Shown: positions 1-7,953, counted from the first letter of the stretch. The stretch: 64,000 nucleotides of DNA from a virus (IMGVR_UViG_3300027708_000016); one strand, 5' to 3'. Numbers and translations: made by a program. The notes: a model not told the origin generated them from the letters alone.

Positions 1-70
1 CCTTACAACAATTTACAAAATTTTGCTATGCAAGTTTTTGTAAGAATTTGTAGGTTAAACTAATTCTAAT

Positions 71-129
71 AAGTCGTTAGAAGTCGTTAGAAGTCGTTAG
101 AAGTCGTTAGAAGTCGTTAGAAGTCGTTA
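71..129. repeat. Tandem repeat of the 10-bp unit AAGTCGTTAG, about 6 copies
   Basis: Five perfect copies at 71-120 plus AAGTCGTTA at 121-129; no spacers. Confidence 0.95.
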
Positions 130-443
130 AAAATTTAGATGTTAGTTCTTGTTAGATAAGTCTTTGGAACAACTCGTCTGAAGTTTTTGGGTTTGCCAAA
201 GTTGCCAGAACACAACCAAAACATCCTTTTTTTATTTTTTTAAACAAAATCATTACTCTAAAGATAAGTTTGTATTGTAATGAAAAAGGTAAAGAAATTC
301 TTCTTAGGGTTAATAGATAATAAGTTCTCTTGTTATTGCTATGTGAAGACCTTTGAGTTCTTCTTCTTAATGACACACATTCTTTATAGGTTTTATTAAT
401 TGTTGTACTGTAACATGGTGTGTCAGTGTAACATGGTGTTCTA

Positions 444-629
444 TTAAATCGCCCTAGGGTTTTTTACCCTATTGTATTGATCTACTAGGGTATGGATTTC
501 TTCCTGTACAAGGATTAGTTTCTCCTTATTGATCTTTGATTTACTTGTACTTTCTTCTATGTCTTTTTTAATTGATATTTCCTGCGCCTGTAATATTAAT
601 ATCTTGTTTCTTATTTCTTCTTCGTTCAT
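444..629 (-). CDS. Small coiled-coil hypothetical protein
   Basis: 61-aa ORF with heptad-like E/K/I/L pattern; TAATTA late-like motif 6 nt upstream of the ATG. Confidence 0.6.
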   Translation of the reverse strand: MNEEEIRNKILILQAQEISIKKDIEESTSKSKINKEKLILVQEEIHTLVDQYNRVKNPRAI

Positions 630-728
630 GTAATTTAATTACCTTGTATTGAATTTTTTTAAAGTGTTTTTAAAACTGCGGTAATGCCACACCATGTTCT
701 ATTAAAACAGGGTGTTGTATTTTTTCAA

Positions 729-757
729 TTGACTTTTTTTCTTGGGTGATTTAGTCT
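729..757 (+). promoter_or_regulatory. Sigma70-like promoter TTGACT-17-TAGTCT
   Basis: Canonical spacing; ATG at 765 follows 7 nt after the -10 box. Confidence 0.55.
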
Positions 758-764
758 TAAATAT

Positions 765-1064
765 ATGGAAAAACAAGATCTTAGTATTCCCCTTTTTAGT
801 GTTAATATGGATGTGGTGGATGTACACGATGATGAATCGGGTATGGTTCGTTACAAGGTATATCCTTCTGACATATTTGTGGATTATACTCGTGTGATGA
901 GTGAGAATTCGTGTGCGACTATTCTGGCAATACTGGCTCAGGTTGTCATTGATAAGAAGCCTGATAGCGAACAGGAGACATACAAGAGGAACGTTATTTC
1001 TATTTTCAACAATATGCTGGAAAATGTGGTTATGTATGATAAGGAAAATTTTGATGAACTCTAA
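765..1064 (+). CDS. Hypothetical protein
   Basis: 99-aa ORF after a sigma70-like promoter; overlaps the next start, as expected for coupled genes. Confidence 0.7.
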   Translation: MEKQDLSIPLFSVNMDVVDVHDDESGMVRYKVYPSDIFVDYTRVMSENSCATILAILAQVVIDKKPDSEQETYKRNVISIFNNMLENVVMYDKENFDEL

Positions 1065-1176
1065 GCAAGATCTTGCATGGTATGTTAAACATCGCAAGGA
1101 ATTTTTAAAACTCCCTGATGAAAAGCCTTTTTTTAAGAGAAGGAAAAAACTTCCCTTGACAAAAAAGCGCAAGTAA
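1054..1176 (+). CDS. Small basic hypothetical protein (MNSKQDLAWYVKHRK...)
   Basis: ATG at 1054 within track ORF 901..1176; overlaps the end of the upstream gene; Lys/Arg-rich. Confidence 0.5.
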   Translation: MNSKQDLAWYVKHRKEFLKLPDEKPFFKRRKKLPLTKKRK

Positions 1177-1184
1177 TCTACTAT
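1156..1184 (+). promoter_or_regulatory. Sigma70-like promoter TTGACA-17-TACTAT
   Basis: Near-consensus boxes; ATG at 1193 is 8 nt after the -10 box. Confidence 0.75.
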
Positions 1185-1192
1185 CAGTATAT

Positions 1193-1651
1193 ATGAAAAA
1201 CACAACAACAACCCTAATTGTGGCAGCAATGGCATGTGCTCTTGTTTCCACTTCTCGTGCAAATCCTTATGTTCACAACATGGGATCTACTGGTGCTAAT
1301 GCCACTGTTTACAGAGGTGGAGGAACCACTATTAACAACAATGTTTATAGAACCTCAACTACCTATTATTCTGGTGGGGGAAATAGAGGCTATGGGGGTT
1401 ACTATGGTGGTGGTGGTTGTGGGGGTGGTTATTATGGTGGGGGTGGTTATTATGGAGGATGTAACAATGGGGGTTGGTATGGTACTGGCATTCCCAATGG
1501 CTTGGGATGGACTCTCTTTGGTCTTGCTGCTGGTGGTGCGATCCTTGGTGGTGGAGGTTATTATGGGGGAGTACCTGCTGTGGTTTATGCTCCCTCTGCT
1601 CCTCCTCCGAGTGTACCTGCTGGTTATCAACTTGTGCCAATTACCCAGTAA
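1193..1651 (+). CDS. Secreted Gly/Tyr-rich low-complexity protein with a hydrophobic glycine-zipper segment
   Basis: N-terminal signal peptide (MKN..LIVAAMACALVSTSRA), GYGGYYGGGG repeats, LGWTLFGLAAGGAILGG, Pro-rich tail. Confidence 0.75.
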   Translation: MKNTTTTLIVAAMACALVSTSRANPYVHNMGSTGANATVYRGGGTTINNNVYRTSTTYYSGGGNRGYGGYYGGGGCGGGYYGGGGYYGGCNNGGWYGTGIPNGLGWTLFGLAAGGAILGGGGYYGGVPAVVYAPSAPPPSVPAGYQLVPITQ

Positions 1652-1657
1652 AATTTT

Positions 1658-1954
1658 ATGTACATTACAATATTCGATAAAAGCAATACGGTTTTCTTTG
1701 GGGAGTATCTCAATGAAAACGAGGACTATATAACAATTAATAATCCTTCGGTCATTCTGGTTTCTCCAGAAGGGGATTCCTTGAACGTGGAGGTTTTTCC
1801 TGTCTGTCCTTTGGAGATTATCTCTCCCCAAGATCGTGAAAAGGGATCAGTATGGCACTATAACAAGAGTAACCTTCGCTTCCACAGCAAAAGTGTTGTT
1901 ATGGACGAAAGAATCATAGACAAATACAACGTAATTTTCAATGGAAAGAAGTAA
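1658..1954 (+). CDS. Hypothetical protein, possibly Sm-like beta fold
   Basis: 98 aa with a beta-rich pattern (VFFGEY..ITINNPSVILV) resembling small Sm-like phage proteins; low certainty. Confidence 0.55.
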   Translation: MYITIFDKSNTVFFGEYLNENEDYITINNPSVILVSPEGDSLNVEVFPVCPLEIISPQDREKGSVWHYNKSNLRFHSKSVVMDERIIDKYNVIFNGKK

Positions 1955-2201
1955 AATGGTTGAGCTAATTGAGTGTCTCACCGAGGATGCTCTCACAATG
2001 GATGGTTATGATGATTGTATCTTGGGTGTTGTCGAGAGGTTTGGTCAGCAAAACCATGTTTTATATGACCTTGGTGCGGTTTTAAATAAACTCATCGAGG
2101 GTGGTATGACCCGTGAAGAGGCTATGGAATGGTATGAGTTCAATATGTTGGGAGCATATGTCGGAGAGACTACCCCAAGCTTTCTCCATTGCTCTTTATG
2201 A
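1941..2201 (+). CDS. Conserved phage hypothetical protein (DGYDDCILG...EEAMEWYEFN.LGAYVG family)
   Basis: Motif pattern recalled from many phage hypothetical proteins; overlaps the previous gene. Confidence 0.75.
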   Translation: MERSKMVELIECLTEDALTMDGYDDCILGVVERFGQQNHVLYDLGAVLNKLIEGGMTREEAMEWYEFNMLGAYVGETTPSFLHCSL

Positions 2202-2278
2202 TAGGCATAATGGGCATATTTCTAACCCTTGCAATTCTTTTGGTTCTTATTGTCTTTGTCAATAATTACTATAAATGA
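2198..2278 (+). CDS. 26-aa single-TM peptide (MIGIMGIFLTLAILLVLIVFVNNYYK)
   Basis: ATGA overlaps with both neighbouring genes; hydrophobic helix; below the ORF-track cutoff. Confidence 0.5.
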   Translation: MIGIMGIFLTLAILLVLIVFVNNYYK

Positions 2279-2433
2279 ACGACGAAAAGCAACCTCATGC
2301 TATGGTTAACGGTGAATGGATTGCCGTGTCAAAAACAAAATTCATAAACATATCAGAAGACCTTTGGGGTCAGGATGTTTATGAATTTGAATATGAGGGG
2401 AAGATATATTCTTCCCATGTTATTTTAAAATAA
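2275..2433 (+). CDS. 52-aa hypothetical protein (MNDEKQPHAMVNGEW...)
   Basis: ATGA overlap with the upstream peptide; fills the gap to the convergent gene. Confidence 0.6.
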   Translation: MNDEKQPHAMVNGEWIAVSKTKFINISEDLWGQDVYEFEYEGKIYSSHVILK

Positions 2434-2439
2434 CTGTTC

Positions 2440-2781
2440 TTAGAAACCTAGTTCATCATCCATCGATGAACTATCACCATCAAAAAGATCATCGTGCTGT
2501 GCATCCTTGAATGCACTTTCTTCTTCGTCATTTTGTGGCTTTATCTTAACGCCTTTGTTTGTAAGATATTCAACAACATCATCAACATTTACGTCTTCTG
2601 GGATATCTAATTCATTCTGGAAGTGGTTAAGGAGTTCTTGTCTTGCGGAAGGACTTTCCATTGCCTCACTTGAATCAAATTCATTGTGCTCTTCGCTGTC
2701 TGGTGAATTACCCATAGAATCTCCACCAAGTGAAAGGTTCTCGTAAAGGGCTTGAAGGTTTTTCTGATCGTTATTACTCAT
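2440..2781 (-). CDS. Acidic hypothetical protein, candidate internal head protein
   Basis: Start reassigned to MSNNDQKNLQALYE (2781); TAAGTA motif at 2790-2795; very D/E-rich. Confidence 0.7.
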   Translation of the reverse strand: MSNNDQKNLQALYENLSLGGDSMGNSPDSEEHNEFDSSEAMESPSARQELLNHFQNELDIPEDVNVDDVVEYLTNKGVKIKPQNDEEESAFKDAQHDDLFDGDSSSMDDELGF

Positions 2782-2851
2782 CTTAATATTACTTACACCT
2801 AGAAATGTCCATATTAAAGATATTTTTTTTATTTTACTCTGTAATACGATA

Positions 2852-2900
2852 TTTTTTTCCCCACTTTTTCCCATTTTCCCCCACTTTTTCCCACTTTTTT
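2852..2900. repeat. Imperfect tandem TTTT(T)CCC(C)AC repeats, about 4 copies
   Basis: ttttttccccactttttcccattttcccccactttttcccacttttt in the divergent intergenic region. Confidence 0.75.
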
Positions 2901-2948
2901 GGGTATTTTCGGATATCTTTTCGGGTATTTTTGCACTAAATATACAAA

Positions 2949-3113
2949 ATGAGTGGCATATTATTTGAATATTTTTATGAATATGTTCACAAAGAAGATG
3001 TAAAGATGCTAAGAATTGTCACCGAGCATAGTTCAATTGCCTATGAATTATTACGTCAAGATTACCCTCACGGGGAATTAAAATTACTTGAGATTCGTCG
3101 TCTGGACACCTGA
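2949..3113 (+). CDS. 54-aa hypothetical protein (MSGILFEYFYEYVHKE...)
   Basis: TAAATA at 2937-2942, 6 nt before the ATG; 3' end overlaps the convergent gene. Confidence 0.5.
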   Translation: MSGILFEYFYEYVHKEDVKMLRIVTEHSSIAYELLRQDYPHGELKLLEIRRLDT

Positions 3114-4175
3114 TCCAACATATTCATGAGAAAAACAATTTCTCCTTGGATCAATAATATAGTTATTGTAGGTAGGAATTCCCTGTGCTCTTCTCTTCTC
3201 ATAATCCTTTCTCCTTACCTTGTTTTTACTTGTGGGTTTCCACAACGGAGACAACATGCGATAAGATCCCATCCTTGGATGAGCAGTGCGAGAGAAATAA
3301 CGATACCCGTTTTCAATAAACATCTGTGCAATTGCATCGCTGAACCTTACACCGATTCCTAGTCCTTGGTAGTCAGGTAGCACAACGGTTCTGTGACCTC
3401 TCCATGCATTCTTGAGTGATCCACTAGGCATAGTGATAGCTGCACCAAAGGCGATTGGTTCATTGTTCCATGTACCAATAAAGCACCTTGATGCATTGTT
3501 TAGGTCTCCACTTAAATAATGATGCTTCTTGAAAATTTGCCAGTATTCTTTAGAGCAAGGCTGAATGTCGATTGTAATATTTGGTCTTGGACAAAGACAC
3601 CCCCTTGGCATACAAGACTCGTTCAATGTATCATACACCCAATCAGGTTGCAACCATTCGATTATATCTTTATGACATGTAGCAAATACCACACCCTTCA
3701 TGCCCTGTTGTCGAATGTATCTTTGGATAGCATTGGATGCACTCTTGGCAACAGTTCGATCCACAACACTTGTAAACTCATCAAAGCTAGTGTTACTATT
3801 GAGCATACGAGCTATCCTTGCTCTGAACTGCTCCCCATTACTCAAGACATGATAGGGTTTACACCAAGAAGGAACAGAGTTCAGTCCAATACTTGATAGC
3901 CTTTCTATTGCTTGCTCTCCCATTTGGGATACTATTGCCTTGTTGGGATTCCATTCTAACTCTTCGGTAATATTGAAATGTTCTTTTAGTAGTTGAGTCT
4001 TACCACTTCCAGATGCTCCCACAATTAGTCCTATACCCCATGATCCATCTCTCTTTGGGGCATCAAACTTGGGTAGAATGAACTCACTTGTACCTGTGAA
4101 GTTGTAATCAAATGGTTTACATGCTTCAAGTAGTGCATTGTCCATGTCAACTTTAACCGATAAGACTTTCTGCAT
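3084..4175 (-). CDS. ABC-type ATPase fused to a C-terminal GNAT acetyltransferase
   Basis: Walker A GASGSGKT, signature LSNGE, Walker B SFDEFTS, H-loop ATCH; GNAT acetyl-CoA motif VVLPDYQGLGIG; no TM segments. Confidence 0.85.
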   Translation of the reverse strand: MQKVLSVKVDMDNALLEACKPFDYNFTGTSEFILPKFDAPKRDGSWGIGLIVGASGSGKTQLLKEHFNITEELEWNPNKAIVSQMGEQAIERLSSIGLNSVPSWCKPYHVLSNGEQFRARIARMLNSNTSFDEFTSVVDRTVAKSASNAIQRYIRQQGMKGVVFATCHKDIIEWLQPDWVYDTLNESCMPRGCLCPRPNITIDIQPCSKEYWQIFKKHHYLSGDLNNASRCFIGTWNNEPIAFGAAITMPSGSLKNAWRGHRTVVLPDYQGLGIGVRFSDAIAQMFIENGYRYFSRTAHPRMGSYRMLSPLWKPTSKNKVRRKDYEKRRAQGIPTYNNYIIDPRRNCFSHEYVGSGVQTTNLK

Positions 4176-4181
4176 TAAATT

Positions 4182-4210
4182 AATATATAGATTTAAATTG
4201 CTTGTGTCAA
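4182..4210 (-). promoter_or_regulatory. Sigma70-like promoter TTGACA-17-TATATT for the ABC-GNAT gene
   Basis: -35 box overlaps the stop codon of the upstream gene; ATG 6 nt after the -10 box. Confidence 0.7.
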
Positions 4211-4482
4211 TCTTTTTTATATTTGTAACAGAAATAAAGCATTAAAAGCATGTTAATAATACCACTGCAATAGTTTATGAATACCCACATGCTAAAATAT
4301 GTTCCCAACAAATATACCATTCCAAATACATAACCAAGTAATGTCATGTAAACCATGATAAGGGAAATATCTTGTGCTTTTTTTGTTTTATATGTTTTAT
4401 AGATCTGGGGAAGATAACAAAGAAACCAGATGCTTGTCATCAAAAATCCACATATTTCTATTATTAATCTATGAAGTGGCAC
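4207..4482 (-). CDS. SemiSWEET / PQ-loop family small membrane transporter-like protein
   Basis: Three hydrophobic helices and the motif CYLPQIYKTYKTKKAQDISL; GTG start 5 nt after TAAATA. Confidence 0.8.
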   Translation of the reverse strand: MPLHRLIIEICGFLMTSIWFLCYLPQIYKTYKTKKAQDISLIMVYMTLLGYVFGMVYLLGTYFSMWVFINYCSGIINMLLMLYFCYKYKKD

Positions 4483-4496
4483 ATAGATATTTAGTA

Positions 4497-4799
4497 TTAT
4501 TCATAAAACAAATTCCATTTCTTTGCAGCAAGATAAAAGCCTTCTGCTTCAAGGTATCTGTTAAGTAATTTTAATTCCATCTGATAGGATTTCAAATTAT
4601 TTTCTTCATCGGTTTTACTGATTGCACAAACCTTAAACTTATTATATGCCGTATTTTCTATAATGATATCATATTCAATACCATTGAATTTCATTTCTAT
4701 TTGATAAGGACCTTTTGGATTAGTAATGATTTTCTTTTTCTTTCCTTGTTTTTCTTTCCAAGACTCTTCATCAAAATCACTATCATAGTATTCATCCAT
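4497..4799 (-). CDS. Hypothetical protein
   Basis: 100-aa ORF; TAAGAT motif 6 nt upstream. Confidence 0.7.
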   Translation of the reverse strand: MDEYYDSDFDEESWKEKQGKKKKIITNPKGPYQIEMKFNGIEYDIIIENTAYNKFKVCAISKTDEENNLKSYQMELKLLNRYLEAEGFYLAAKKWNLFYE

Positions 4800-4822
4800 A
4801 CTAATATCTTAGTAGCATGTCA

Positions 4823-5062
4823 TTAAGATGTCAAATTCTTTGGTGTTTTGTATATATCTATCTTGTAAATGTTTCCATCATGAAACTTCGTGGTGAATGT
4901 AACCTTTGCACTAATTATTAAATGAGTTTGGCTAATCTTATCGGTTGCTTTCTTTAATGCTTTCTGTGCTTCCTCATCGTTTTTAAAAAATGCTGCCCAT
5001 GTCTCGTGGTTATGATCAGGCTTTGGAGCGTGTTTGTGGTCTGGTGGAAGCATCATACTCAT
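4823..5062 (-). CDS. Hypothetical protein
   Basis: 79-aa ORF; TAAATA 5 nt upstream. Confidence 0.65.
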   Translation of the reverse strand: MSMMLPPDHKHAPKPDHNHETWAAFFKNDEEAQKALKKATDKISQTHLIISAKVTFTTKFHDGNIYKIDIYKTPKNLTS

Positions 5063-5070
5063 ACTAATAT

Positions 5071-5175
5071 TTAGGGTTCTTCGTTATCCCTTTTATACAT
5101 GAAAATTAAAAATAATATAATAGTCAATGGGACAAACCACCTGATAAACTCTATTAGTATCTGTTCATCACTCAT
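5071..5175 (-). CDS. 34-aa single-TM peptide (MSDEQILIEFIRWFVPLTIILFLIFMYKRDNEEP)
   Basis: Translated by hand; hydrophobic helix; overlaps the upstream small ORF. Confidence 0.45.
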   Translation of the reverse strand: MSDEQILIEFIRWFVPLTIILFLIFMYKRDNEEP

Positions 5176-5305
5176 CTGGAAACAACAATTGAATCATCTG
5201 AATGACTGCTATCTTTACATAAAGATATTCCATATAAACATATAGATATATAATCTCAGGAAGATTCTTTATATAAAAAAATATAAGCCAAAAATAATAT
5301 TTCAT
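5168..5305 (-). CDS. 45-aa hydrophobic Tyr-rich peptide (MKYYFWLIFFYIKNLPE...)
   Basis: Translated by hand; fills the gap between tightly packed minus-strand genes. Confidence 0.4.
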   Translation of the reverse strand: MKYYFWLIFFYIKNLPEIIYLYVYMEYLYVKIAVIQMIQLLFPDE

Positions 5306-5310
5306 AATAT

Positions 5311-5691
5311 TTAAGTAAGTTGATCTTCATACTTTTTAACTGCCAATTCCATTTCTTCGTACACTGTTTTAGATAAACGATTTGAATCTATATCTGTGTA
5401 ATCTTTATATTTTCTAATTTTCCAAAGTATGGAATATCCAGCATAGATAGAAGTCTTTCCAGTATTTGAAACTGTTTTAGAATATATGATATCAACTGGT
5501 TTAGACATATCATAATACCATTTAATTCCATATAAAGTTGTAACACCTTTAGGAATCTTACGAATTTCTTTGAAAAAAACTTTACATTTCCAATTCATGG
5601 CATCATCCATCTTGATAGGTATCATACAACCTTCAATGATATCAATATCAATCACCTCGTCATTTGTCCAGTTGTCTCTCTTTAGGTTCAT
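5311..5691 (-). CDS. Hypothetical protein
   Basis: Start reassigned to MNLKRDNW (ATGA overlap with the upstream stop). Confidence 0.65.
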   Translation of the reverse strand: MNLKRDNWTNDEVIDIDIIEGCMIPIKMDDAMNWKCKVFFKEIRKIPKGVTTLYGIKWYYDMSKPVDIIYSKTVSNTGKTSIYAGYSILWKIRKYKDYTDIDSNRLSKTVYEEMELAVKKYEDQLT

Positions 5692-5897
5692 ACTATTACC
5701 ATTCCTTCCCAATTAGTTTTTACAAATCTTTTAACAACTTTTTCTCTTTGTTTTGCCTCAACAATCTTGTATGGATATTCTTTTGTATAATGAAATGCAT
5801 AGTCGTTAACGTGCTTCATAGCCTCGCTATAGGTTTTGTATGGTGAAAGCATAGAATCATACCATGATGATCCGTTCCATCTTTTAACTGTGTACAT
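5688..5897 (-). CDS. Hypothetical protein
   Basis: 69-aa ORF overlapping both neighbours. Confidence 0.7.
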   Translation of the reverse strand: MYTVKRWNGSSWYDSMLSPYKTYSEAMKHVNDYAFHYTKEYPYKIVEAKQREKVVKRFVKTNWEGMVIV

Positions 5898-6538
5898 TAT
5901 TGTTTAGGTTTGTTTATGAATTTCTTGAACTTTGGTGCTTTACCATCTGGAACCCTGTTAAGATCTTTGATGGGGCATGTGCAATGTTTACTAAGTGTAC
6001 ATTCTGCACAACCCATGTCAAGATAAACATGAGGATTATTACAAGCAAAATAAGTGTGTTTCTTACATGCATCATGATCTTTCTTAAGATCGATAACTTC
6101 TCTGACTCTGTTGAAATCAACCTTTGGAATAGTTTCCCTGATCTTGTCGTATCTTGCTTCCCTCTCTTCTTGAGTCTCAACATGGATAATCCTTGTTTCC
6201 TTTTCCTTAACAACCTTTGGTACAAGAACTTCCTTACAATCCTTGCACAGAGATTCTGTTAGAACTCTCTTGGCATCATTGTCGAAGTTCTTCATGGCAT
6301 GTTTCATTGCAATACCCTTGAGGCTGACAAAGGCATTCTTACAATGAGAACAATAGATTCTAATATGAGGAAACTTCTTATGTTCATTGTAATACTCCAT
6401 CCACTTGGAAAGATTATTCAATTGATTGGAAGGAAACTTCAAAAGTTTTTCTTTTTTGGTTTTTTGCAGTTTGGTTTCCTTCCTAGGTTTTTTATTTTTG
6501 ATTACCTTGGATGGCTTTACTTTCTTTTTCTTGGGCAT
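5897..6538 (-). CDS. Basic Cys-rich putative zinc-binding protein
   Basis: Lys-rich N-terminus; CSHC, CKDC and a C-terminal C..C...CAEC...C.C cluster. Confidence 0.7.
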   Translation of the reverse strand: MPKKKKVKPSKVIKNKKPRKETKLQKTKKEKLLKFPSNQLNNLSKWMEYYNEHKKFPHIRIYCSHCKNAFVSLKGIAMKHAMKNFDNDAKRVLTESLCKDCKEVLVPKVVKEKETRIIHVETQEEREARYDKIRETIPKVDFNRVREVIDLKKDHDACKKHTYFACNNPHVYLDMGCAECTLSKHCTCPIKDLNRVPDGKAPKFKKFINKPKQ

Positions 6539-6678
6539 TATCTTGATAGGTTTTTAGCTATTGTCTCATAGTGCTCCTTGGATCTTTCCAAAGCAGCAAT
6601 ACGATTCAAAAGAATAGCTATATACTCTTTTAACTCATCAACACTCATTGTGTCAACATCTTTTTTTTCTTTGTTCAT
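6538..6678 (-). CDS. 46-aa coiled-coil protein (MNKEKKDVDTMSVDELKEYIAILLNRIAALE...)
   Basis: Translated by hand; stop overlaps the next ATG; upstream TTGCAT-17-TATATT. Confidence 0.6.
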   Translation of the reverse strand: MNKEKKDVDTMSVDELKEYIAILLNRIAALERSKEHYETIAKNLSR

Positions 6679-6689
6679 GGTATTTTTCT

Positions 6690-6718
6690 AATATATACCA
6701 TTTGAAAGATTAATGCAA
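6690..6718 (-). promoter_or_regulatory. Sigma70-like promoter TTGCAT-17-TATATT
   Basis: Canonical spacing upstream of the 6678-5071 gene run. Confidence 0.5.
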
Positions 6719-6720
6719 GA

Positions 6721-7953
6721 TTATTTTTTCTTCTTTGCTTTTGGGATTGGATTTGTTTTTGGTTTTGAATCACCAAATAGTGCATCCAATGCTGCTTGTG
6801 CTTTCTCTCTTCTTTCTTTTTCCTTCGAACCAATTTCTCTTGATTTCTTTAAAAGTTCAGCTTCGATCTCACCCTTTACCCATCCTTTTTTCTTGGCAAC
6901 CTCATAATCATCAAATTTTATATTTGGATATGCTGATGGGTTTTTAAGAACCTTTTCAATTTCATAATGACCAATAGCTTTTAAGAAATCTTTCAATAAA
7001 ACGCCACCTATTTGACTATATTTAACAGGAACAGCTTGCCCTTTGTCGTTATAAACAACCTTTCCATTTTCAAATCTAGCAGGAAGATTACCAGACACGT
7101 ATTCGGGAGATAATGGTTTTTCGGTAATATACCCATTTGGTAAAGGAGTTATTTGCTTTAAATAACTATTATCCTTTTTCTTCATGATCCAGTATTCAAT
7201 TTCGCCTTTTTTACCTTTTACTTTTCTTGTTAAAAGATCTAAGCAATAATAATCTTTTGGTGGAAATGCCTGTTTACTTGTCATATAGGCATAATATCTA
7301 TTATTTTCTGTGGCAATTTCTGTACCACCTTCTGTTGGCGGTGTTTCAATATTTGATAATTTTGTTCTTAAAACAAACCATTCGTTTTCAGTAACTCCTC
7401 CAAAAGTTTGGACGGATTCTTCAACCTGTTGTTCTTCATCATTCTTTGCAAAACGATTTTTCTTTCTGTAAGCATGAATTTTAACCGAAACCATTTTATC
7501 AAGACGATCTAAAATATTTTTGGCAATTTCTGAACACGTAAGCTCAGGGTTTGAAGTAGGATCTTCAATTTCAAGAGGAATTTTATCATATTCTGGATAT
7601 TTTTCTTGAATTGTTCTTAAAGGACCAAAAATTTGATTGGCTAATTGATAAAATTTCTTAGGGTTTTTAGTAATTAAAAGTTGACTATATAAATTAATAA
7701 TCAAAATTTTAGCATTAAACATTTCTTTTTGTGTAACAACTAATTTTTTTTCCCCTTGATTTTCTGGGTCGTTAAGCCAATCTTCATAAACTTCTTTTGA
7801 TCTACCACCTGGCACATTAGCAGGTGTTGTATAAGATCCATATACATATCCAGTGTTGGCGTTTATATCTCTTGCTAATTTCTCATCAGCTTCTAACAAG
7901 ATTAAGCTTTTTGCTTCTTGTATTAATTTTTTAACTTGATCACTAAAATTCAT
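6721..7953 (-). CDS. Hypothetical protein, 410 aa
   Basis: Long ORF; TAAATA at 7961-7966; no recognisable domain. Confidence 0.8.
   Translation of the reverse strand: MNFSDQVKKLIQEAKSLILLEADEKLARDINANTGYVYGSYTTPANVPGGRSKEVYEDWLNDPENQGEKKLVVTQKEMFNAKILIINLYSQLLITKNPKKFYQLANQIFGPLRTIQEKYPEYDKIPLEIEDPTSNPELTCSEIAKNILDRLDKMVSVKIHAYRKKNRFAKNDEEQQVEESVQTFGGVTENEWFVLRTKLSNIETPPTEGGTEIATENNRYYAYMTSKQAFPPKDYYCLDLLTRKVKGKKGEIEYWIMKKKDNSYLKQITPLPNGYITEKPLSPEYVSGNLPARFENGKVVYNDKGQAVPVKYSQIGGVLLKDFLKAIGHYEIEKVLKNPSAYPNIKFDDYEVAKKKGWVKGEIEAELLKKSREIGSKEKERREKAQAALDALFGDSKPKTNPIPKAKKKK

Noticed and set aside
71-130. CRISPR array
   Set aside because: The units are directly tandem 10-mers with no spacers, and no cas genes are present
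152-376. 74-aa ORF as a real gene
   Set aside because: No promoter motif at the start, no recognisable pattern, and it lies in a repeat-rich, probably non-coding region
702-1831. Track ORFs 702..1262(-), 1218..1733(+), 1355..1831(-), 1359..1640(-) and 1474..1680(+)
   Set aside because: They are shadow frames of better-supported genes; the Gly-rich gene produces stop-poor alternative frames
3084-4175. TmcA/NAT10-like tRNA acetyltransferase
   Set aside because: The ATPase has ABC signature and H-loop motifs rather than the helicase-like TmcA module, and the protein is much shorter
3084-4482. ABC transporter formed by the ATPase plus the SemiSWEET
   Set aside because: SemiSWEETs are ATP-independent uniporters, the two genes have separate promoter types, and the ATPase is fused to a GNAT
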